Shown: positions 24,510 through 32,000 of the stretch, piece by piece
Layout: the number at the start of each line of letters is the position of its first letter
Numbering within the stretch: position 1 is the stretch's first letter
NCBI GenBank assembly: GCA_030668875.1
Contig: DAOVER010000007.1
Span: forward strand, 1-32,000
Direction: 5' to 3'
DNA from: Candidatus Heimdallarchaeota archaeon
Lineage (GTDB): Archaea; Asgardarchaeota; Heimdallarchaeia; Heimdallarchaeales; Heimdallarchaeaceae
Length of the DNA stretch: 32,000 nucleotides
The notes under the pieces: generated by a model
The model's input: only the letters and a program-made list of their open reading frames with translations
Told to the model about the DNA's origin: nothing
Databases searched by the model: none
Translations under genes and position numbers: made by a program

Positions 24510-25733
24510 TCACAACATAGCATTGGACATAGATATGTAGCCTTCAATTTCATTTTTGGAGATTCTAACGAATTCTAAAAGTTGATCAATATTCCCTTCA
24601 GTTGCACATCTTTGAGTTTCCTCAAGTTTCCTCATCGATTCCTCAAATTTTTCTTGTGCTTCTTTGAAGTTTTCTTGATCAAAAAGGTAGATGCCTTCTG
24701 TTTCTAAAGACAAGGACTCGTAAAAAGAACGCTGAGCTGTCATATTGTAGATTAAGGTCTTACTTTTAATACTTGTTAGTAATCCTAATGCTATATCAAC
24801 GATTTCTACTGCTTTCATGAATATCTCACTTGCTTTTTTAGGCTTATCTTTCCTCTTATACAATTCATTCGCTTCTGCCTCGAATCTACTAGCTTGAGTG
24901 ATTCTAGATAATGCTAGATAAAGTCTTTGTTCCAAAAAATTATCACAAATACCACTTGCGCGTGCATAGTATTTTGAAGCTATAGCGAAATATCGTAAAG
25001 CTTCATTGAACAGACTTTGTGCTATATATTCGGTACCCCTATCCCAGAAAAATTCAGCTCGACTAATAATATGAAGTTTAGTTGTTTCATCAATTCTATT
25101 GTGAATATCTTCCATCTCTTCATCAAGAGATTTGAAGAAGAAGTTAGCTTTCATTAATTCAGTTCGGGCATAAAGCAAATATTTTTTGTATAAATTTGTA
25201 TTATCTGATTTTGTTTGAGCTGTAGCTTTGTTGAGGACATATTTTGCAAAGGAAACCTTTGATTTTGCAATTAAATTATCTATTTGATTATTTTCCTCAT
25301 TTCGATTTTCTGAAAAGGCTTTGAAGAAGTCTATCCCCTCATTAATTATCACTATTTGCTGATTTGGATCTGTTTCGATTAATGCTTTGCATATTCTTAT
25401 CATGCCTTCAGAGTAGTTTGTCCATTTGATCATCTCTTTGAAAACTAAATCTCCTTCTACACCTCTTGAAGCTCTTGATCTAACGATTAATTTAAGACCA
25501 TCCTCATAATGTTTGAGAGCTTTAGGATAATCTCTATTATTGAACAAATCATCCGCTTTGATTAGATATAGCATTCCTTCATAGAAATAGGAGAGGACCT
25601 TAGCATTAACATTCTCCACCCCTGCTTTCTGATAGGTGTTGAGAGTTTCAGAGTATTCAGCAAAAACCTTGTTTAAATCTGAATAAACGGGCTCATAATG
25701 AATGAATCTAAAATCTGAGATATTTGAGCTCAA
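24510..25733 (-). CDS. All-helical TPR-like repeat protein
   Basis: Repeated 'A..lF....y..A...y..A..l' helices (KADDLFNNRDYPKALKHYEDG; GIYLFDQENFKEAQEKFEES). TTG 25733 is a plausible start; the ORF is open to 25787. Confidence 0.65.
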   Translation of the reverse strand: MSSNISDFRFIHYEPVYSDLNKVFAEYSETLNTYQKAGVENVNAKVLSYFYEGMLYLIKADDLFNNRDYPKALKHYEDGLKLIVRSRASRGVEGDLVFKEMIKWTNYSEGMIRICKALIETDPNQQIVIINEGIDFFKAFSENRNEENNQIDNLIAKSKVSFAKYVLNKATAQTKSDNTNLYKKYLLYARTELMKANFFFKSLDEEMEDIHNRIDETTKLHIISRAEFFWDRGTEYIAQSLFNEALRYFAIASKYYARASGICDNFLEQRLYLALSRITQASRFEAEANELYKRKDKPKKASEIFMKAVEIVDIALGLLTSIKSKTLIYNMTAQRSFYESLSLETEGIYLFDQENFKEAQEKFEESMRKLEETQRCATEGNIDQLLEFVRISKNEIEGYISMSNAML

Positions 25734-25845
25734 GTATATCAGAATAATATCACAGCGTAAGAATAAAAAATTAACTGTTGTTTTCACTTCAATGAGTGTT
25801 TCTAAAACTTAATTAACGAGCAGTTTGAGAAACCATTTGAAATTT

Positions 25846-26496
25846 ATGAGATCTATCCAACTGATTGTATTTGATCTAGATGGAACATTAATTCAATCTA
25901 ATATCAATTACATGGGAATTCGAGATGAAGTAAGGGAGATGTTAGAAGATCTCGTTCCTCCAGATGAATTTCAAATAATAAAAAATACACCTACAACCAT
26001 TTTGAATTTGGTTGAACTCGTTAAGGATAAAGATACACAAGGTGGGCTTTATGAAAAAGCTTGGCAGATTGTTGAGGACGCTGAACGAATAGGTTACGAG
26101 AAAGCTAAGATAGAAGAAGATGTTCATTCTACTCTAGATAAATTGCAATTGGAGAATTATGATTTAGCCATTTTCACCAACAATTCCAGAAAATTAACTG
26201 ATTATGGTATGAAGAAATTCGAACTTGATCAGTATACCGATGTTGTAATAACTAGAGATGATGTCAAAAAAGCAAAACCAAACCCTGAAGGGCTTATTAA
26301 GATTATGAACCACTTCAACAGATCAACAGAACAGACAATTTTCATAGGTGATTCCTGGTTAGATGCTGAAACTGCTCAAGTAGTAGGTGTAGATTTCATC
26401 TATTTTGGTGATTTAAGTGCCCCAGGTACTCGTAGAAAGAAAATAGAGGTTAAGAGAGTAGTTAACAAAATAAGTGAAATATTAAAATACGTTTGA
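25846..26496 (+). CDS. HAD superfamily phosphatase (phosphoglycolate-phosphatase-like)
   Basis: FDLDGTL; IFTNN; KAKPNPEG; FIGDSWLD. ATG 25846. Confidence 0.92.
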   Translation: MRSIQLIVFDLDGTLIQSNINYMGIRDEVREMLEDLVPPDEFQIIKNTPTTILNLVELVKDKDTQGGLYEKAWQIVEDAERIGYEKAKIEEDVHSTLDKLQLENYDLAIFTNNSRKLTDYGMKKFELDQYTDVVITRDDVKKAKPNPEGLIKIMNHFNRSTEQTIFIGDSWLDAETAQVVGVDFIYFGDLSAPGTRRKKIEVKRVVNKISEILKYV

Positions 26497-26560
26497 TTTT
26501 ACTAGATATTTCTATGCGAAAGAAATTTAACCTATATAACACTAATCTATACCGATTAAG

Positions 26561-27985
26561 ATGAATCCGTTTAAGATTAAAAAAATGACCATTTCTCTCT
26601 TATTAGTTGCTCTTTTTGCTATTTCTATAGTTCCGTCTGTTAGTGTTTTGAGTGACACCACTAGCGAAGAGGATATTAATACTATAAAGAGAGTTATTGT
26701 TTTTAGTGCTGATGCTTTCAGACATGATTACTTTGAAAAAACTAGTTTGCCAACAATTGAATGGTTAATTGGGGAAGGTGCAAAAGCTGCATATAATGTT
26801 CCTTCTAATCCCTCAGTAACGGCAGTAAATCACGTTTCTATGATTACAGGAAATCATCCTGATGTTCATGGAATACTAGGAAATACTTTCTATGACTGGG
26901 TAGATAATAAATCATACTCGTTATTTGGTGAAGCGAGTGATCCTTATCGAGACACAAACACAGGTTTGCATTTGTTGTCAACTAAACCATCTGTCTTACA
27001 TGCGGAAGAAAATGATATAATAACCGCAGTTTTTGCGTGGCCTTATGTAGATGACGGTACATCGTATGGTGGTGCTGCTCCAACTTATGTTTTCGATTAT
27101 GATTATTTTTGTTCAAAAAACACCCGTAATAACATGGGAATTGCGAAAAAAACAGTAGATGTTATAATTGCACATCCTGAAATTGGGTTAGCATATTCTT
27201 GGTGGCCAGCCGTAGATTCTACAGGACACTATGCAGGTGTAGATTCAACCCAGCTTATCGATGAGCTAGTGAGTGTGGATAATGCGCTTGCGTATGTTAT
27301 CCGAAGACTGCAGGAAGAAGATATGCTAAGGGAAACCGTTATCATTTTAACATCTGACCATGGAATGGCTCCTGTCCATGATAGCAATTTCTTCTTAGAA
27401 GAAAAATCATATTTTGAGCTAGCCATGAACATGACTGGGATTGAACCGTATATTGCACACGATGCTGCTTTTGAATTACTTTATTTCATGGAAGAAACCA
27501 ATGTCACTAAAGTAGAAGAATTTGCTAGTTATCTTGAAGGACAAACCGAAATAGAAGGAGTGTTTGTAAATGAAGAGAACGAGGATATTGACATCTTCAA
27601 TGCTAATAGAGGTATTAATATCTCAGTTTTTCTAAAACCAGGATATTCTAGGAATTTTGGAGGCACATACGTTGGTATGCATGGGTATCTTAATACTAAT
27701 ACCGATATGCATGGAATCTTTATAGCTGCTGGTCCCGGCATTAAACAAAATTCAACAATTGCTGGAATTAGTATGATTGATATAGCTCCCACAGCATTAT
27801 CACTGCTGGATTCACTAAGTGATTTCGAAACAGAAGGCACCGTACTAAGTACTGCATTTGGTGATAGAACAAATGAATTTCTTAACCCTGATTACGTTGT
27901 TGAATCATCCATAAGTTTGATCCCTGTTATAGCCTTCCTGGTAATAGTTCCAATCATAAATGCTATACGTAAGAAGAAGAAATAA
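26561..27985 (+). CDS. Alkaline phosphatase superfamily ecto-nucleotide pyrophosphatase/phosphodiesterase (ENPP-like), membrane-anchored
   Basis: Signal peptide; SADAFRHDY; PSVTAVNHVSMITG..P..HGI; DSTGH; TSDHGM; GMHGY; C-terminal TM plus RKKKK. Confidence 0.9.
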   Translation: MNPFKIKKMTISLLLVALFAISIVPSVSVLSDTTSEEDINTIKRVIVFSADAFRHDYFEKTSLPTIEWLIGEGAKAAYNVPSNPSVTAVNHVSMITGNHPDVHGILGNTFYDWVDNKSYSLFGEASDPYRDTNTGLHLLSTKPSVLHAEENDIITAVFAWPYVDDGTSYGGAAPTYVFDYDYFCSKNTRNNMGIAKKTVDVIIAHPEIGLAYSWWPAVDSTGHYAGVDSTQLIDELVSVDNALAYVIRRLQEEDMLRETVIILTSDHGMAPVHDSNFFLEEKSYFELAMNMTGIEPYIAHDAAFELLYFMEETNVTKVEEFASYLEGQTEIEGVFVNEENEDIDIFNANRGINISVFLKPGYSRNFGGTYVGMHGYLNTNTDMHGIFIAAGPGIKQNSTIAGISMIDIAPTALSLLDSLSDFETEGTVLSTAFGDRTNEFLNPDYVVESSISLIPVIAFLVIVPIINAIRKKKK

Positions 27986-28057
27986 GTTTCTTCTTTTATC
28001 TTTTTTTTTAAAAAATAGCAGTTATATACTAGTGTGTCAACTACACCTTAGATACTA

Positions 28058-29851
28058 ATGAAATTAAGATTAGTTTTTAGAGGGATGCTTACTCTAATCT
28101 TCCTTTGGGGCTTGGTGTATGCCGTTGTAATGGGAGCCATAGCAATTGCATATTATGTTGGTGATTTTCATGAAGCGCTTGGAATGTCTTCTTTTGTTCT
28201 ACTTCCGGTGCTAATTACCTTGGGAATAGTCCTTTTACAATTCCTAATATCTCCATGGTTGTTAGATTTAAGTTTCAGATGGATGCACAGAATGACTTGG
28301 ATAGAAGTATCACAACTTCCACCACATCTTGCTCAATATATAGTAGATCAGAGTCAGTTGCATAATATTTCGATTAAGAAAGTTGGAATGATTCACGATA
28401 ATATGCCCACAGCATTAACATATGGTCGTTTCAAAAAGAATGCTAGAATAGTTCTTTCAGATGGTATTCTGAATTTACTTACGCCTGATGAACAGACAGC
28501 AGTTGTAGGTCATGAAATAGGTCATATTGTCCACATGGATTTCTTATTCATGACAATTGCATCGGCAGTACCAATGATTATGTATACTTTCTACATCTTC
28601 TCTCGAGGTTTACTTAGATCTGGAGCTTTATCGAGTGGAGGAGATAATAAAGTAGGATCAGCTATAGCCGTAGCAGCCGTAGTAATGGTCGTCATTTCCT
28701 ATCTCTTCTATTTAATCAGTCAGTTTCTTGTTCTTTTCCTTAGTAGAGTTCGTGAGTATTATGCTGATAGATTTTCAGGAGAACAAACGGGAAATCCGAA
28801 AGCACTATCAACGGCTTTAGTCAAAATTGCTTATGGTATGGTAAGTACTCAAGCTCAGTATTCTGAAACTGTAAATGATAAGACTGTGGATAGAAGAACA
28901 AGAGTTAGGACATATCGTCGAGCATCTAGTTTCTCGAGCGCTATAAGATCATTAAATATTTTCGATATTAAAGCTGCTAAAAGTTTAGTAATGACAGCTT
29001 ATGCTCAATCCACTGGTGGAGAACTCGATCCTGAAATGATTGTTAAAGCAGCTGCTTGGGACCTTGAAAGTCCTTGGGGTGGTTTCCTCGAATTACAATC
29101 TACTCACCCATTAACTGCAAAAAGACTTTTAGCTTTAGACGATTTAGCAGAAGAAAACAATATGAAACGAGCATATCCTGCACTTGGCACAGATCAAATC
29201 AAAGAAAGCCTTTGGGATGAGTTTTTTGTGGATGTTTTCCTACTTTACATTGTTCCTATACTTACCTTTGTACTTCCAGGATTGGGTGCTTTATCCTACT
29301 TCTATGGTTCTAGCACAGGGTGGATGTGGATTGGTATCGGTTCTGGACTAGGTTTAGCTACTTTGTTGTGGATTTGGAGAGTAGTTGTTCGATATCCTAG
29401 ATTAGATGAAGAAATCCCCCTAGTTAATGCCATGACTGCAGTAACTGATGTAAGTGATGATGGATATGCAGAAGCTTCTCCATTCAGAGGAAAACCTATA
29501 AGATTACAGGGGACAATAATTGGAAGAGGAACACCCGGCTATTACTTAAGTGAGGATGTTGTTCTTCAAGATCCTTCCGGAATTATAACTTTGGATTATA
29601 ATCCTCTTTTCGGTTTCATGAGATGGTTTACTGCTCTATTCAGAGTTGATAGACTGATTGGAAATCAAGTGACAGTAATTGGATGGTACCGAAGAACACC
29701 AAGACCTATTGTTATGATCAAACGGATGGAAACACCAGACGATCAAGTATTTCGATCAAACAAAAATATAGCTGGTTGGGTACTTGTAGGATTGTTAGCT
29801 TTAGGGGCTTTAGTGTGTATTTTTATGGGATTACCTCCAATTGGTTGGTAA
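28058..29851 (+). CDS. htpX: M48 family (HtpX-like) membrane zinc metalloprotease with C-terminal extension
   Basis: HEIGH zinc motif; SRVREYYADRF; ALVKI; THP...RL; an extra TM hairpin and beta-rich OB-like domain after residue ~370. Confidence 0.85.
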   Translation: MKLRLVFRGMLTLIFLWGLVYAVVMGAIAIAYYVGDFHEALGMSSFVLLPVLITLGIVLLQFLISPWLLDLSFRWMHRMTWIEVSQLPPHLAQYIVDQSQLHNISIKKVGMIHDNMPTALTYGRFKKNARIVLSDGILNLLTPDEQTAVVGHEIGHIVHMDFLFMTIASAVPMIMYTFYIFSRGLLRSGALSSGGDNKVGSAIAVAAVVMVVISYLFYLISQFLVLFLSRVREYYADRFSGEQTGNPKALSTALVKIAYGMVSTQAQYSETVNDKTVDRRTRVRTYRRASSFSSAIRSLNIFDIKAAKSLVMTAYAQSTGGELDPEMIVKAAAWDLESPWGGFLELQSTHPLTAKRLLALDDLAEENNMKRAYPALGTDQIKESLWDEFFVDVFLLYIVPILTFVLPGLGALSYFYGSSTGWMWIGIGSGLGLATLLWIWRVVVRYPRLDEEIPLVNAMTAVTDVSDDGYAEASPFRGKPIRLQGTIIGRGTPGYYLSEDVVLQDPSGIITLDYNPLFGFMRWFTALFRVDRLIGNQVTVIGWYRRTPRPIVMIKRMETPDDQVFRSNKNIAGWVLVGLLALGALVCIFMGLPPIGW

Positions 29852-29944
29852 CCCCTTCACTTTTTTATTTTTATTTGCAACAATGTGTTAAAACATCAAA
29901 GTTAAATATTCACAAAAAAAGCTATTTTCATTCTGGTGAAAGCA

Positions 29945-30910
29945 ATGGCTGAGAAAAAAGTAAGTACCAAAGAAAAAGCCAAAGAAAAAGTTGAAGAGAT
30001 AATAGAAGAAGAGAAAGAAGAAACTATTCTCGAAAAATACCAAAAAGCTGGAGATGTTGCTAAGAGTGTTTTGCAACATGTAAAAGGAATGGCTAAACCA
30101 GGTGTTAAAGCTCTTGACTTATGTGAAACTGCAGATAGACTTATAGAAGAAGCAGGGATGAAAACTGCTTTTCCACTAAATGTATCTGTTAATAATCATT
30201 GTGCACATTATACCTGTCCTTGGGAAGACGACCTTGTTCTAAAGGAAGGAGATGTTGTAAAGCTTGATTGTGGGGTGCATTATGAAGGTTATATAGCAGA
30301 CACTGCATTAACTGTAGCTTTTGATGATCTTCACAACGACCTGATTAAAGCCAGTAAGGAAGCAACAGACACAGCTGTTAAAGTGATTCGTGTTGGTGGA
30401 TATACTGGAAAATTGGGTGATTTGATAGAAAGTATCATTGAAGGATATGGATTTACAACAATTAAAGATCTATCTGGTCACATGCTGATGCAATACAGAG
30501 TCCATGGACCAAAAACCATTCCAAATGTTGCAGGAAGGAAAGGTAATCTTATACTACAAGATGAAGCATTTGCAATAGAAACATTCGCTTCAACTGGAGC
30601 TGGAGAATCTGGTCAAGATAAAAATAAATTGTATATTGTACGTCTAGCAGATGGAAGGTTTCCTCTCAGAACAGACGCAGCAAAGCAAATTCGAAGACTT
30701 CTTGATAAGGAATATAACCGCTTACCCGTATCTACCAGATGGATCTATAAGCATGTGGGTGTCGCAAAAGCTAAGATGGGTTTGAGGGAATTAAAGCAAG
30801 TGGGTGCATTGTATCAATATCATGTTTTATCTGATGTTGCAGGATCGTTCGTTTCTCAACATGAACACTCCGTTTATATGACACCTGAAGGACCAGTTCG
30901 TACTACATGA
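29945..30910 (+). CDS. map: Methionine aminopeptidase type II
   Basis: AFPLNVS.N..AHY; KLD.GVH..GYIADTA; SGH; AIETF; QHEH; type II helical insert. ATG 29945. Confidence 0.96.
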   Translation: MAEKKVSTKEKAKEKVEEIIEEEKEETILEKYQKAGDVAKSVLQHVKGMAKPGVKALDLCETADRLIEEAGMKTAFPLNVSVNNHCAHYTCPWEDDLVLKEGDVVKLDCGVHYEGYIADTALTVAFDDLHNDLIKASKEATDTAVKVIRVGGYTGKLGDLIESIIEGYGFTTIKDLSGHMLMQYRVHGPKTIPNVAGRKGNLILQDEAFAIETFASTGAGESGQDKNKLYIVRLADGRFPLRTDAAKQIRRLLDKEYNRLPVSTRWIYKHVGVAKAKMGLRELKQVGALYQYHVLSDVAGSFVSQHEHSVYMTPEGPVRTT

Positions 30911-31022
30911 TAATCCTTCAAATTAACTTTCTTTTCTTTCTTTATCTTAGAAGCATGGTTATTTGATATTTCACTGATGTTAACCTAAAACATTTTTAAA
31001 CATTGTAGATTTCTTGATACAT

Positions 31023-32000
31023 ATGAATTTAATCCTCAGCATTGATCAAGGGACAACAGGAACACGGTCAATTCTATTTAATTCTAAAGGAGAAGAAGTA
31101 GCAAAATCATATGAGGAACATAAGCAAATCTTCCCTTCTCCTGGATTGGTAGAACATGACCCCTCCGAGATTTGGCTGAAAACATTGAAAACAATTAGAG
31201 ATACAGTTAATGTTGCAAAAATAGAATTTTCGGAAGTTTCAGGAATTGGTATAACTAATCAAAGAGAAACAATCGTTGCTTGGGATAAGAATACAGGGAT
31301 TCCCCTGCACAATGCTATAGTTTGGCAATGTAGAAGAACTGCAGGAATATGTGAGGATCTAAAAAGCTCAGGTTATGCTGAAATCTTCAAGAAGAAAACA
31401 GGATTAGTGTTGGATCCTTACTTCTCTGGAACAAAGATAAAATGGTTATTAGAGAATTCAGAAAAAATACAATGCAAACTAGCTGATGACTCACTAGCAG
31501 TTGGAACAATTGACAGCTGGTTGATCTATAATTTAACTGGTAATCATTTTACTGATTATTCAAATGCTTCCAGAACTCTTCTTTTTAATATACAAACTGG
31601 AACTTGGGATGACGAATTACTCGAAATCTTACAAATTCCTAAACACATACTTCCAGAGGTTCGTCCAAGTAGCGATAAAGAAACCTACGGTGATGTAGGC
31701 TCACTATTCAACCACCCCATACCCGTTGCTGGAAATGCAGGAGATCAACAAGCGGCTCTTTTCGGACAATATTGCTTTGATCAAGGAGAAGTGAAAAATA
31801 CTTATGGGACTGGGAATTTTATGCTGATGAATACAGGTGAAGATATCGTTCATTCTAATAATGGTCTTCTTACTACCATTGCATGGAAATTAGACCATAC
31901 TATCACATATGCTTTGGAAGGTAGTGTCTTCATCACAGGAGCAAGCATTCAATGGTTAGAACAAGGATTAGGTGTATTGGAGGACAAATCAGAACTTATA
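31023..32000 (+). CDS. glpK: Glycerol kinase (FGGY family), truncated by the window end; not in the ORF track
   Basis: MNLILSIDQGTTGTRSILF; VEHDP.EIW; GITNQRETIVAWDKNTG.P..NAIVWQCRRT; DPYFSGTKIKWLL; TDYSNASRTLLFNI; GDQQAALFGQ; KNTYGTG; YALEGSVF. Confidence 0.96.
   Translation, partial: MNLILSIDQGTTGTRSILFNSKGEEVAKSYEEHKQIFPSPGLVEHDPSEIWLKTLKTIRDTVNVAKIEFSEVSGIGITNQRETIVAWDKNTGIPLHNAIVWQCRRTAGICEDLKSSGYAEIFKKKTGLVLDPYFSGTKIKWLLENSEKIQCKLADDSLAVGTIDSWLIYNLTGNHFTDYSNASRTLLFNIQTGTWDDELLEILQIPKHILPEVRPSSDKETYGDVGSLFNHPIPVAGNAGDQQAALFGQYCFDQGEVKNTYGTGNFMLMNTGEDIVHSNNGLLTTIAWKLDHTITYALEGSVFITGASIQWLEQGLGVLEDKSELI

Overview
AT-rich archaeal chromosomal window. TFB, Rpo12/RpoP, archaeal SUI1, type II MetAP and alpha2-type GlyRS establish an archaeon. 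Eukaryote-like proteins (a longin/winged-helix NPRL2-like protein, a TRAP-beta-like protein, a Get3/TRC40-type ATPase) point by inference to an Asgard archaeon, probably Heimdallarchaeia. About 30 genes are present, with the 3' part of a TnpB element at the left edge and the 5' part of glycerol kinase at the right edge. Three features are missing from the ORF track: a 48-aa rpoP gene and two decayed 3' gene remnants (fumarase/aspartase C-terminus; AlkD-family C-terminus). The most interesting observations are (i) adjacent, co-oriented TRAP-beta-like and Get3-like genes, a possible proto-ER membrane-protein-targeting module; (ii) a tandem-longin plus winged-helix protein resembling GATOR1 NPRL2; (iii) a bacterial/eukaryotic-type class II CCA-adding enzyme in an archaeon; (iv) three DegV/FakB fatty-acid-binding paralogues, with glycerol kinase about 9 kb away; (v) a flotillin-NfeD pair carrying an 8x DHDISx tandem repeat; (vi) a radical SAM enzyme with a ferredoxin-like insert inside its CxxxCxxC motif; (vii) a TnpB with an apparently rearranged (Fanzor-like) RuvC glutamate. 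No tRNA, rRNA or CRISPR array was seen. All family calls come from motif recognition by eye; no database searches were run.
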